Source: a virus. From it: a stretch of 64,000 bases of DNA. The notes under the pieces are model-generated. The model ran no database searches, was not told the origin of the DNA, and saw only the letters and a list, made by a program, of their open reading frames with translations. A program made the position numbers and the translations under genes. The stretch lies in the IMG/VR virus record IMGVR_UViG_3300027797_000012, positions 1 through 64,000 of that record; one strand, given 5' to 3'. The stretch's first letter is position 1; the number at the start of each line of letters is the position of its first letter. Shown piece after piece: positions 45,473 to 55,068 of this stretch.

Positions 45473-47524
45473 CTACTTAAGATTTTCTACAATCAGCTTG
45501 ACCTCGCACGCGTCGGTTGTGCAGTAAGCATCTCCAATTGCGTCTGAAGCCATTCCCGCGTAGACTCCTGTAAAGTCAATAGGGAACAACTTCATTGTTG
45601 AATCCTCGTACTCCTCTGCGGTGATCTGTGTGTAAGGCATCTGTGGGTACGTAAAGTTACCCATAGGCAAGAAGGATACGGTCTTTAATTGTCCGTCATA
45701 CATGTGTAAAACAGTTCCTACGTGCTCGGCTTCCTTTTCAGGATCAAATGACACGGTTACAGATACAGAGTTATCTGACCAGTAACGTTGCGCGGTTGCG
45801 GCGATGGCTGTCTTCTCAAAGATAGATACTTCTTTTTCAGCTCTTCGGGCGTTTGACTTAATAGGGAAGAACACAACCGAAGTAGAGTCTGGTGACTCTG
45901 ATGCAGGCTCAACTCTATAGTTTGCCATCTTGAATAAAGGAAGCATTGGATCTTCGTTTGAGAAACGAATTGCGCGGTTAAAGTATTCTCCGCCTGGTGT
46001 CCAGTGAACTCCAGGTGACTCACCTGCAAGAATTGAAACTGTGCCTGACGGCTTAACGGTTGTCATCTTAATTGACTCGCGAATACCTAACCACTCTGAA
46101 TAAGTATTGTCGTAAGACTTGACAGTTTTATAGCCTTCGTCCATCCAGTCGCGTAATATAGGCAAGCCAACGCGATCAGCGAAGTTAGCAACACCGGACA
46201 TTGACGTGCCAATGCGACGGTTACGCTGCATGATCGCGTTGGTTTCCTCCCAGTGAGTAGGAAGTAGCGTTACGGTCTTAGCGTAAAGGTAAGCAAACTT
46301 CAACGTGCGCTTATAATCTTCAAGCGAATCGTGACGACCTAAGTATGTTTCAACAAGTGTGCAGCACTCATAGCTCTCTAGGCTTTGCTCTGCGCAAGGG
46401 TTATAACCAGCAATTCGCCAATCCTTATTGTTTACTGGATCTGCAAGGCGACCATACTTCTTAGATACATCCATCCAGATTACGCCAGGCTCACCGTTAC
46501 GTGCGATACCTGGAACAATCTTGTTTAGGTTTTGACCTACGCTTGTCTCAACAGAGTTGTTAGACATCCAACCCCAACCAGGAGCAGTTGGATCATAAGA
46601 GTTACGCTCTGGGAATTGTTCTGCATTCTTTAAGTTTAAGAAAGTATCGTCATCTAGGCGACCTATAAGTAACTCTGCCGAGCGTCGAACGTTGCCAGAA
46701 ACAACGCAAACGCCGATAAGGTTTCCAATATCCGCGATGTCAACACGTGTAAGTTTTTCACCAGCTCTGTCCTTAAACAGTTTAGTGATGTAGTTGTGTA
46801 AACGTTCTAGTGGTTCGTGTCCTGCGGCTGTGCCACCAAATGTTTTAATTGGTACGCCTGCCGGGCGGACTTGGCTGTAATCAAAGACTGGAGTCTTCTG
46901 ATCTGCTCGTAGGTAAGCGTTGAGGATGAGCGAGAGTGATTCAACCCAACCTTCTCTTGTGTCTGGGACAACATGTGGTTCCTCTCCTTGCGGTGAATAA
47001 ATTGTAAAGTCTTTGTCTGCGCCTTTATCGTCAAAGCCAACACCAACACCAAGCATTGATGCTTCCATAAGAAACGCGAATGGCTTTGCTGGATTTTGCT
47101 TTGTCATTTCCATAGTTGAAACAAACGCACAGTTTTGCAAAGCAGCTGAGTTCTTTTGTACGTTAACTAAAGGAGTTCCCATAACCCAAAGCCCACGACC
47201 AGGTGGCGTCCACTTTAGATTGAACAGACGGTCAAAGCCTTCCTTAGCTGAAGCCTGTGCCTTTGAATCATTCCACGGTAGTCGCTGACTTTTGCAGTGA
47301 TCTTTTTGAATCGAGTACATGCCGTTAATGACACGCTCGCAAACGTCAGCCCAAGTTTCCTTAGTGCCGTCCTCTTTAAGACGTGAATACGTACGAAGAA
47401 ACGTGATCTCTCCAACAGAGTTTCCTGCTGCATCTGTATAACCAAATGGAGCTTTCTTTCCACGGTATCCTTGTACAAAATCATCACTTAGTCTGAAAGA
47501 GAAAAAACTCACCACAACCCCCAA
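45473..47524 (-). CDS. nrdJ: Class II (B12-dependent) ribonucleotide reductase
   Basis: RTYSR, PPGRGLW, NCAF, GNVRRSA, NPCAEQ, TTVKPSGT. Confidence 0.93.
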   Translation of the reverse strand: MGVVVSFFSFRLSDDFVQGYRGKKAPFGYTDAAGNSVGEITFLRTYSRLKEDGTKETWADVCERVINGMYSIQKDHCKSQRLPWNDSKAQASAKEGFDRLFNLKWTPPGRGLWVMGTPLVNVQKNSAALQNCAFVSTMEMTKQNPAKPFAFLMEASMLGVGVGFDDKGADKDFTIYSPQGEEPHVVPDTREGWVESLSLILNAYLRADQKTPVFDYSQVRPAGVPIKTFGGTAAGHEPLERLHNYITKLFKDRAGEKLTRVDIADIGNLIGVCVVSGNVRRSAELLIGRLDDDTFLNLKNAEQFPERNSYDPTAPGWGWMSNNSVETSVGQNLNKIVPGIARNGEPGVIWMDVSKKYGRLADPVNNKDWRIAGYNPCAEQSLESYECCTLVETYLGRHDSLEDYKRTLKFAYLYAKTVTLLPTHWEETNAIMQRNRRIGTSMSGVANFADRVGLPILRDWMDEGYKTVKSYDNTYSEWLGIRESIKMTTVKPSGTVSILAGESPGVHWTPGGEYFNRAIRFSNEDPMLPLFKMANYRVEPASESPDSTSVVFFPIKSNARRAEKEVSIFEKTAIAATAQRYWSDNSVSVTVSFDPEKEAEHVGTVLHMYDGQLKTVSFLPMGNFTYPQMPYTQITAEEYEDSTMKLFPIDFTGVYAGMASDAIGDAYCTTDACEVKLIVENLK

Positions 47525-47586
47525 AATATATGTTTATTTTACTTAAAAGTAGAAGTCAAATTATACTGACTTTTTGCGCCAACGTG

Positions 47587-47814
47587 TTACTTTTCTAGTG
47601 TTTCAAAGATTTCTTTACATGTCTTACAGACAGGAAACTTCTTCCCGTCTCTTGTTGGAACCCACAGTTTCCCACATAGAGCTACAGCAGGCTTGCCTTC
47701 TACGAAGGCTTCCATCATCTGGTCGCGGTGAACATAATGCGAAAACTTGTCATGTTCCCCGTCACTCGTCCGGACATCTGCTTCAGTATCTAACTCGATA
47801 ATTACGTCACTCAT
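47587..47814 (-). CDS. DUF3039 protein
   Basis: FSHYV...ALCGKLWVP.RD...PVC..CKEI. Confidence 0.85.
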   Translation of the reverse strand: MSDVIIELDTEADVRTSDGEHDKFSHYVHRDQMMEAFVEGKPAVALCGKLWVPTRDGKKFPVCKTCKEIFETLEK

Positions 47815-47872
47815 AGACACAATTATACTTAATATAGTATATAGTGTCTACCTATTACCGAAAGGAGAGCCT

Positions 47873-48307
47873 GTGGCTCTGCATAATCATTTATTACTTA
47901 ATGCCAAGGTCAACCAGCCTCCCGTGGATACCGCCGCTGCAATTACCTGGCTAACTGAGCTAGTTGACGCAATTGACATGAAGATCGTTCAAGGTCCTTT
48001 TGCCTCATACATAGAAGCAGAAGGAAACCGCGGATTAACCGCGTCTGTAATGATCGAGACCTCCCACATCGCTTTTCACGTCTGGGATGAAGAGTCACCC
48101 GCGCTTCTACAGTTTGACCTCTACACTTGCTCGACTTTGCCATTCTTAGACGTTCTTAACAAGATCCACGAGTTTATGGATATTCAAGACTACCGATATA
48201 TGATTTTTGAGCGAGAAGAAGAATTCAGAATGCTACACAAGTCTGTGGTAACAAACTACATGCCAGGAGTTACTCCCCCTCCTGGAGCTTTAATAGAACA
48301 ACCTTAA
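47873..48307 (+). CDS. speD: S-adenosylmethionine decarboxylase proenzyme
   Basis: [16 protein letters not shown]...QFDLYTC. Confidence 0.8.
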   Translation: MALHNHLLLNAKVNQPPVDTAAAITWLTELVDAIDMKIVQGPFASYIEAEGNRGLTASVMIETSHIAFHVWDEESPALLQFDLYTCSTLPFLDVLNKIHEFMDIQDYRYMIFEREEEFRMLHKSVVTNYMPGVTPPPGALIEQP

Positions 48308-48621
48308 AGGTCTATATACTCTTTCAACCAAGCAAGGATGGCAGGTTTAGGTTTAGCCCCTGTCATTCTTGCTATTTCTTTTCCTTTACTAAATAGTATC
48401 AATGTCGGAATTGAAGAAATAGAATTCCCTAGTGTTATCTTAGAGTTCTCGTCGCTATTCAACTTTGCGGTGATAAAAGCAGACTCGTACTCTGCGGAGA
48501 TCTCTTCTAATATTGGCGCCAGCATGCGACACGGTCCACACCACTCTGCCCAGAAGTCTACAAGTACCGGGAGATCGTTTTCTAACAAGGAGTCGAATGT
48601 TGCAGTTGTTGCCTCGATCAA
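48304..48621 (-). CDS. trxA: Thioredoxin
   Basis: [15 protein letters not shown]. Confidence 0.93.
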   Translation of the reverse strand: MIEATTATFDSLLENDLPVLVDFWAEWCGPCRMLAPILEEISAEYESAFITAKLNSDENSKITLGNSISSIPTLILFSKGKEIARMTGAKPKPAILAWLKEYIDL

Positions 48622-48755
48622 TTCTTACGTTCTCCTCGAATAATCTCTAGCGCGATGGTTAACGTTCCCAGCGCGTTCATAAATCCAGGTTTTTCTATCA
48701 TAGGCCTTAACGCAGCCTCTACCTCTTTAGCTATCTCTTCCCTTGATGATTCCAT
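48618..48755 (-). CDS. Hypothetical protein
   Basis: 45 aa, leaderless start. Confidence 0.45.
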   Translation of the reverse strand: MESSREEIAKEVEAALRPMIEKPGFMNALGTLTIALEIIRGERKN

Positions 48756-48796
48756 AGCTAATAGTATATCAAGCCACTTGCGGTGATAGTTTTACG

Positions 48797-49663
48797 TTAG
48801 AACGTTATGCTTCCGCTTCCGGTCCATTCGTAAATGTAATTTCCACCTGATGATGTTTGAGTTGGTGCACCGGTTGTCGCTGCTGCAAGACCAAAAGATG
48901 TTGGGTATGAAATAATTACAATTCCTGAACCGCCAGCACCGCCAAAGTACGATGGCGTAGTCGTATTAAATGCAAGGCCACCACCTCCTCCGCCGCCGCC
49001 TGTGTTTGCAGTTGCAGCAACGCCATTCGCTCCGCCAGCACTGCCACGACCTCCTCCACCTGCGCCACCAGAAGCGTTAGGGAACTGAGTAGCGCCACCA
49101 CCACCACCACCACCACGAGTAACGCTTGAACCTGTAATAGATGAGGCTAAGCCAGCGCCGCCCGCGCCGCCAGTTGCGCTGCCGTTGCCACCGACTGCGC
49201 CCGCGCCACCACCTCCACCATTGCCACCGTTGTTACCTACATTAAAACTTTGACTTGAACCTCCAGTGTTTCCTTGCGTTGGGCTACTTGTTGCGCCCGT
49301 GTTACCGCCACCATTTGATCCACCCGTTGATGAGCCTGACCCGCCAGCGCCAGGATTTGCTTGTCCGCCTATGCCGCCACCTGTAGAAGTAATTGAACTA
49401 AATACAGAGTTCCCACCCGATAAGGCTTGTCCTGCTGCTGTTGTTCCACCAGCTCCAACAGTTACAGTTTGTTGAACGCCTTTGGCAAGTGAAAGTGATG
49501 AAGTGCGGTATCCACCAGCACCACCACCGCCACCGCATTGAAGAGTACCGATATATTGTCCTGAGTGACCACCACCACCACCGCCTGCAATTACTAGGTA
49601 TTCTACTGTTACTTCTAGGCGTGAGCCTTTACCGTGGGATGCAGTGTTGCCTAAGAGAGTCAT
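48797..49663 (-). CDS. Glycine-rich tail-fibre-like protein (paralogue 1)
   Basis: VEYLVIAGGGGG...GGSGIVII.Y...WTGSGSITF. Confidence 0.75.
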   Translation of the reverse strand: MTLLGNTASHGKGSRLEVTVEYLVIAGGGGGGHSGQYIGTLQCGGGGGAGGYRTSSLSLAKGVQQTVTVGAGGTTAAGQALSGGNSVFSSITSTGGGIGGQANPGAGGSGSSTGGSNGGGNTGATSSPTQGNTGGSSQSFNVGNNGGNGGGGGAGAVGGNGSATGGAGGAGLASSITGSSVTRGGGGGGGATQFPNASGGAGGGGRGSAGGANGVAATANTGGGGGGGGLAFNTTTPSYFGGAGGSGIVIISYPTSFGLAAATTGAPTQTSSGGNYIYEWTGSGSITF

Positions 49664-49664
49664 C

Positions 49665-50033
49665 TTAGCCTTCTGTAAGAATTATTTCAACCCAGACTTG
49701 GTTGTCTTCATCCCACGTGTAAGGCTTCTCATCTGTTGGATAAGGAACGGGCGCTTCCCAAAGACAGGTTGTCTCGTTCAATGTCCATGAAGGAAATGGC
49801 TTAGGAGGCACGAACGCGTCTAGTGTTGCGTCATACTTAAAACCGATACCGGCGTAGTGCTTACGAAAAGTAGCGTTATAGGAAGTTTGCTTCCAGTTTG
49901 TGTACCCGCCTGACCAGTCAGTTAGAAACGCAATGCCTGAGGTTTCCTCGGCAGCAGGGTCAAGTACATCGTTATTAACAACGTTGACTTCTAGTACAAC
50001 GTTGCTCTCATCTAGTTTCGCGAAATGTGCCAT
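49665..50033 (-). CDS. Phage protein accompanying Gly-rich fibres (possible assembly factor)
   Basis: MAHFAKLD, WKQTSYN..FRKHYAGIG, PKPFPSW. Confidence 0.7.
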   Translation of the reverse strand: MAHFAKLDESNVVLEVNVVNNDVLDPAAEETSGIAFLTDWSGGYTNWKQTSYNATFRKHYAGIGFKYDATLDAFVPPKPFPSWTLNETTCLWEAPVPYPTDEKPYTWDEDNQVWVEIILTEG

Positions 50034-50053
50034 AAGTTAATTGTATCCTGTTC

Positions 50054-50959
50054 TTAGAAAGTGATGCTTCCGTTACCTGTCCATTTGTAATATCTGTACC
50101 CGCCTGAAGTTACTGTGCTAGGTGTCCCTGTAGTAGTAGTTGCAACTGCATAAGAATCGGGATAGCGAATTATTACAATTCCACTACCGCCAGCAGCAGA
50201 TGCAGTTTTTCTTGTGTCAAATCCACCAGCTCCACCGCCACCTCCGCCTGTATTTGCAGTTCCTGCGCCTGTTAGTAATGCAAAACTACCTGTTGTCTCT
50301 CCGCCACCGGTGCCACCGCCACCAGCTCCACCATTACTAACAACCGAAGCAGCAGAAAGATAATAAGTCGTGTAACCGCCGCCGCCGCCACCTGCAAAGT
50401 ACCCACTAGCGCCTGATGAAGTAGCAGTTGCCCATGACGAGTATGCGTTTGTGCCAGCTCCACCAGGGCGTCCTAGCCCTTGCGGTTGATCTCCACTGCC
50501 ACCTACTGCGCCTGCGCCACCACCGCCACCTCCACCTTGATTTCCCATACCGCCGTTGTTTCCTTGCCCAGCAGTGCCAAGTCCAAAACCGTTACCTTGA
50601 ACTGATCCACCACCTGAACCGCCAGTGGCAGGTGTTCCGCCTGATGCACCTGCGCCAGGGCCACCACCAAGCACAAGAGTCGCAGTTCCAACTCTTGAGT
50701 TACTGCCAATAGTTCCCATAGCAGCGCCAGCACCACCAGCACCACCAGCGCCACCGCCGCCAACTGTAATCGCTGTTGTACCTGTTAAAGAAAGAGAGGC
50801 GAAATAAAGTAAGCCACCAGCACCAGCTCCTGCAGCTGAATAATAGTCTGCGTTAGTTGCACCTCCGCCACCGCCACCTGCAACAACTAAAGCCTCAACA
50901 GAAGGAGGAAGCAGACGTGAGCCTTTTCCGTGCGACGAGGTATTTCCTAAAATAGGCAT
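50054..50959 (-). CDS. Glycine-rich tail-fibre-like protein (paralogue 2)
   Basis: Same termini as paralogues 1 and 3. Confidence 0.75.
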   Translation of the reverse strand: MPILGNTSSHGKGSRLLPPSVEALVVAGGGGGGATNADYYSAAGAGAGGLLYFASLSLTGTTAITVGGGGAGGAGGAGAAMGTIGSNSRVGTATLVLGGGPGAGASGGTPATGGSGGGSVQGNGFGLGTAGQGNNGGMGNQGGGGGGGAGAVGGSGDQPQGLGRPGGAGTNAYSSWATATSSGASGYFAGGGGGGYTTYYLSAASVVSNGGAGGGGTGGGETTGSFALLTGAGTANTGGGGGGAGGFDTRKTASAAGGSGIVIIRYPDSYAVATTTTGTPSTVTSGGYRYYKWTGNGSITF

Positions 50960-50997
50960 AATTTATTCTATTCTAGTTTACGTAAAGTGTCTACAAG

Positions 50998-51345
50998 TTA
51001 CGATCTTCCAAAATCATCTTCATACCTAATGATGTCATCTTCTCCAAGATAGTCACCTGTCTGGATCTCTATAAAGACTAGGTCCATCTCGCCTTCCGCC
51101 CTTACGCGGTGAACTTCTCCAACTCCGATTGAGACGTAGTCTCCTGGGCCAAGGTGAAGTATCTGGTCAAATAGCTCAACCTCCGCGTAGCCTTCGGTGA
51201 TGTACCAGTGCTCCGCGCGGTGTTTGTGTGATTGCTTGCTAAGACGATTACCGCTTTGAACATGTATTCGCTTAACTTGAACACGTTGCTCGGTATGAAG
51301 GATTACGTAGAATCCCCACGGACGAACTTCTATTTGTCTACTCAT
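50998..51345 (-). CDS. Cupin, mannose-6-phosphate isomerase type II-like
   Basis: RPWG, VKRI, LS.Q.H.HRAEHW, EIQTG.YLGEDDI.R. Confidence 0.88.
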   Translation of the reverse strand: MSRQIEVRPWGFYVILHTEQRVQVKRIHVQSGNRLSKQSHKHRAEHWYITEGYAEVELFDQILHLGPGDYVSIGVGEVHRVRAEGEMDLVFIEIQTGDYLGEDDIIRYEDDFGRS

Positions 51346-51923
51346 GCTGTTTTCACACACCAGACTTGATATGACTTCTGCATTATCTTAATCCTATCTC
51401 CATAGACCGCAAGGAATGCGTCTATAGCTACCTTTGGCTCGTTGTATACGCCTTTTCCACTTGGCCACATGTAGTCGTCAAACGCAAGAATTCCTCCAAT
51501 AGATAAACACTCGTACGCGTTGATCGCGTCCTTCATTACCCCGTACGCGGTATGGTCTCCGTCAACGTATATGAAATCAAAGGTATCTTTATTCTTAGCA
51601 AAGAACTCGTCACTTGTAGACTTAACCTTAGTTACTTTCTTAGTCTCTCGCCAAGCCTTTGTTACGCTGTTGTATTTTTTCTCAACCTGAGACCAGTCTA
51701 TCTGCTTATGCTCTTCTTCGCTAGATCCGGCCCAAGTATCAACGTCCACCAGGTACGAATCTTTGTGAAGTAGTATATGCTCGACAAGCCAACTTGTTGC
51801 GTCTCCTGTGTACGCACCAACCTGGAGACAGCGCATACGCGTATTCTTAAATCGTACTAGGTGGCGTCTAAAGATCTCATCAGCGCCCACCCTAATAAAC
51901 CAGTTAGGCAAGTCTTGTGTCAT
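51342..51923 (-). CDS. Class I SAM methyltransferase (Methyltransf_24-like)
   Basis: QVGAYTG, VDTW.GS, FDFIYVDGDH, FDDY. Confidence 0.85.
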   Translation of the reverse strand: MTQDLPNWFIRVGADEIFRRHLVRFKNTRMRCLQVGAYTGDATSWLVEHILLHKDSYLVDVDTWAGSSEEEHKQIDWSQVEKKYNSVTKAWRETKKVTKVKSTSDEFFAKNKDTFDFIYVDGDHTAYGVMKDAINAYECLSIGGILAFDDYMWPSGKGVYNEPKVAIDAFLAVYGDRIKIMQKSYQVWCVKTA

Positions 51924-51943
51924 GTAAAGACTATATCATACGC

Positions 51944-52204
51944 CTATGCGTTTTTAAGTGTATTCACCCAGTCAATTATGCCGTCCATAGACAGATCCAT
52001 CATGCCGTCTTCACCTAGAAGCTCTTCAAGACGCTCGATGATTTCCGCAAGCTGATCTTGATCTACATCGGTAACGCGCATGATGTGCGCTTCCATAAGA
52101 ACCATAAGCTCGCGCATAAAGTCTAGAGGAACAAGTGCAAGATTCTCATCCTTGAGATACTTCTCAAGAGCGTCATCGTCCCAGTCTTCATCATCCTCTA
52201 GCAT
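51944..52204 (-). CDS. Acidic hypothetical protein
   Basis: GAAGGA SD. Confidence 0.55.
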   Translation of the reverse strand: MLEDDEDWDDDALEKYLKDENLALVPLDFMRELMVLMEAHIMRVTDVDQDQLAEIIERLEELLGEDGMMDLSMDGIIDWVNTLKNA

Positions 52205-52267
52205 ATATCCTTCTCTCCTAAGAATGTTGCTATAGTATCTTACTCAACTTGCGGTGACAGTTTTACG

Positions 52268-53116
52268 TTAGAACGTGATAGTTCCGTTGCCTGTCCATTG
52301 ATAAATTCTGTAACCGCCTGATGTTGTTATTGTTGGCGATCCTGTTGTAGAGGCTGCTAAATCAAAAGTATCTGCATAGCGAATGCAAACAAAACCAGAT
52401 GAACCATTCCCACCTGTTGCAGATGTACCCGCGCCGCCGCCGCCGCCTGAACCACGATTTGCGATTGAGGCACTAGAACCATTTGCATTATTGCCACCAG
52501 CACCAGCACCCGCGCCACCACTTGCGCCACCGCCGCCTGTTCCGCCACCGCCTGCGCCGCCTGCATAAGCAACGCTAGTTCCAGTTATAGAACTATTAGA
52601 TGATGTGCCACCATCACCGCCGATATTTCCGTTTATATTGCTACCTGCGCTGGCTTTTCCACCGCCGCCGCCTGCCGATGTATTACCAAGACCTGACCCG
52701 CCATTGTTGCCTTGACCAGCGGTTCCTGTGCCAGCTGTATTTCTACCGCCGCCGCCTGACCCACCATTTTGCCCGACACCGCTACCCGCTGCTGGAAAAT
52801 CACAAGAACCTTGCCCGCCATAAGTAGAGGTTATTGTGTCAAAAACAGAGTTAGTGCCGTTGCCTGCTGTTGTGTTTGTAGTTTGTCCAGCACCGCCAGC
52901 GCCGATTGTTACAGTCAATGGAGAACCTGCAGCAACCGATAAACCTGTAGCCGTACGCATACCACCAGCACCGCCACCGCCGCCACCGCTGCTTCCTGCG
53001 CCTGATGTTCCACCACCACCGCCGCCGCCTGCAATAACCAAGTATTCAACAGTTGAAGTTGGGTTAGCTAGGCGTGAGCCTTTGCCGTGCGACGATGTGT
53101 TTCCTAAAATGGGCAT
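52268..53116 (-). CDS. Glycine-rich tail-fibre-like protein (paralogue 3)
   Basis: MPILGNTSSHGKGSRL...WTGNGTITF. Confidence 0.75.
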   Translation of the reverse strand: MPILGNTSSHGKGSRLANPTSTVEYLVIAGGGGGGGTSGAGSSGGGGGGAGGMRTATGLSVAAGSPLTVTIGAGGAGQTTNTTAGNGTNSVFDTITSTYGGQGSCDFPAAGSGVGQNGGSGGGGRNTAGTGTAGQGNNGGSGLGNTSAGGGGGKASAGSNINGNIGGDGGTSSNSSITGTSVAYAGGAGGGGTGGGGASGGAGAGAGGNNANGSSASIANRGSGGGGGAGTSATGGNGSSGFVCIRYADTFDLAASTTGSPTITTSGGYRIYQWTGNGTITF

Positions 53117-53271
53117 GAGTTAATTGTATCTTATTATCTGTTAATAGACTAAGAAGTCTTACTAAGAAGTCAAAAACCATGATAAATTCTGTTAACCCTT
53201 AACTTTAAGGATGTACAGTACTTCCTGTTCGTTGTTCTGTTGGAAAAATTGTACATTAGAACGGAGAAAGT

Positions 53272-53940
53272 ATTATTTCTGCAGAGAATGTACATGCGCT
53301 TTTATACGCCAGAGTTAGCACTCAGATGCAGGTTCAAGACGGTTTATCCCTACAAGCTCAAGAGCGAGTTCTGCGTAACGCTGCCGAACTAGCAGGCTTC
53401 ACAAGTATGGAGTTGCTCTTAGAGGAAGGCAGATCTGGCAAGTCGATTAAGGGTCGTCCTGTTCTAAAAGATGCCTTACAAAGGCTAGACGAGGGTAGTG
53501 CGCAAGCTCTTATTGTTTCTCGTATTGACCGCCTAGCTCGATCTACCCAGGACTTTCTTAGCATCGTTGATAGAGCTCATAAGAATAACTGGCGTCTTGT
53601 TCTTTTAGATCTTAACCTTGACACCTCTACTTATCAAGGAAGATTCGTAGTTACGGTTATGTCTGCGCTTGCCGAGATGGAACGAGGTATCATCGCAGAG
53701 CGTCAAAAAGATGTACATAAATACAGACGAGACAATGGAAAAGTCTGGGGAGTAGACCTAGGACCTAAGCAAATGATCTCTGACGAGATACGTGCTCGTA
53801 TTGTCACTGAAAGAGAAAAAGGTCTTTCTTTACGCGTTATAGCTCGCATGCTTGATGTTGAAGGTATTCCTACCGCCTACGGCGGTAAATGGTCTGCGTC
53901 TAGTATTAAATACGTGTTAGATCAACAGTCAGGTGCTTAA
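53272..53940 (+). CDS. Serine recombinase (resolvase family); probable ATT start
   Basis: YARVST, SG...RP.L, SRIDRLARS, LAEMER..I.ER; the catalytic motif lies upstream of the first ATG (53326). Confidence 0.88.
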   Translation: MISAENVHALLYARVSTQMQVQDGLSLQAQERVLRNAAELAGFTSMELLLEEGRSGKSIKGRPVLKDALQRLDEGSAQALIVSRIDRLARSTQDFLSIVDRAHKNNWRLVLLDLNLDTSTYQGRFVVTVMSALAEMERGIIAERQKDVHKYRRDNGKVWGVDLGPKQMISDEIRARIVTEREKGLSLRVIARMLDVEGIPTAYGGKWSASSIKYVLDQQSGA

Positions 53941-53947
53941 GACTACT

Positions 53948-54085
53948 TTATATATCTTCTTCTTCTTCTATGTCAAAGTCAAAGACAGAATCTAAGTCAA
54001 GCGCCTGTAGTACCTTCATAAGGTAAGCGCCCATCGCAAGACCGGTCGTGGTGATTACTAGTAGGGCTATTAACTTCTTTTTCAT
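53948..54085 (-). CDS. Small membrane peptide
   Basis: MKKKLIALLVI...; TAATG coupling. Confidence 0.45.
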   Translation of the reverse strand: MKKKLIALLVITTTGLAMGAYLMKVLQALDLDSVFDFDIEEEEDI

Positions 54086-54930
54086 TATTCGTCTACCTTA
54101 GATACAAAGGTATGCCCTCTAAATGTATGTGTCCCAATGTGGTTTAGAACTATCTTAGTATCTAGCCATATCTTTCCTCCAAGAGCTTGCCACCTGCGGC
54201 AGAACGTGTAGTCCTCACTTAGGTAACGTCTTGTCTCTGGCTCGATGATAGTGTCAAATAAGGCGTACTGCTCTGTAGGTATGTTCTGCACGCTGCCATC
54301 TGGCATTAAGTCTTTGTTGTCTTTTATGTATGATACCTCGTCTTTGTAAGCTTCTATCATTTCTTCTAACACCTCGCGACGGATCATCATAAACCCCGTC
54401 CCTGCGTCTTTAACCTTTAGAAGATCACCGTGCAGTGTAACAGAGCCGGTCGCCCTGTCTTCTTCACTGTCAAACTCAAAGTTAATTACGTAATCTGTTA
54501 CTCTTTCTGAAATTTCCTTTGCAGATAGAGTCATATTTTCTACATTGTTGTAGTTTACAACCTTCAGAGGGTAAGCTCCTACAACAACGTCCTTATCGTG
54601 AATAAGCAGTCTTATAACGTCCGTGGGCTCAAACTCGATATCCGCGTCTATAAACAGAAGATAATCTGGCTTCTTGTACTCGCCATCGTTATGTTCTACC
54701 TCTAAAGAAAGAAATGAGGCAACTATGTTGTTACGCGCTCTAGTCACTAAACTTTCATTTGTTATTGTGTTTAGAACAACTCGTACACCTAGCGTCTCAC
54801 ACACGCGCTGAAGTAAAAATACAGACTGAAGATAGCCAGTAGTGCACATACCGCCGTAGCAAGGAGTCCCAATCATAATAGATTTGCCAACTAAAAACTC
54901 TCGCTGTGCGTCGGTTAGCTCTATTGCCAT
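54085..54930 (-). CDS. GT-A-like glycosyltransferase
   Basis: GTPCYGG, NESLVTRARN, FIDADI, GTGFM, LSEDYTFC. Confidence 0.75.
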   Translation of the reverse strand: MAIELTDAQREFLVGKSIMIGTPCYGGMCTTGYLQSVFLLQRVCETLGVRVVLNTITNESLVTRARNNIVASFLSLEVEHNDGEYKKPDYLLFIDADIEFEPTDVIRLLIHDKDVVVGAYPLKVVNYNNVENMTLSAKEISERVTDYVINFEFDSEEDRATGSVTLHGDLLKVKDAGTGFMMIRREVLEEMIEAYKDEVSYIKDNKDLMPDGSVQNIPTEQYALFDTIIEPETRRYLSEDYTFCRRWQALGGKIWLDTKIVLNHIGTHTFRGHTFVSKVDE

Positions 54931-55068
54931 AGTATAGTCTTTCCGTAGGTAGTCTTTCGTAATTTGTTAAAACAGAACGGAACGCGCTTACGCGCGTTAC
55001 CGCCCTGTTTAAGATCTTAGCGTCTCTCCCAAGCGCTAAAACGTATTTCTAATATATACCTAAAAGCT

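Noticed and set aside
45473-47524. Intein or intron in nrdJ (also checked terL and primase)
   Set aside because: Lengths are ordinary and motifs contiguous; no splice or homing-endonuclease motifs.
48797-53940. Gin-type invertible tail-fibre shufflon or DGR
   Set aside because: Paralogues are complete and co-oriented; no inverted crossover sites and no reverse transcriptase seen.
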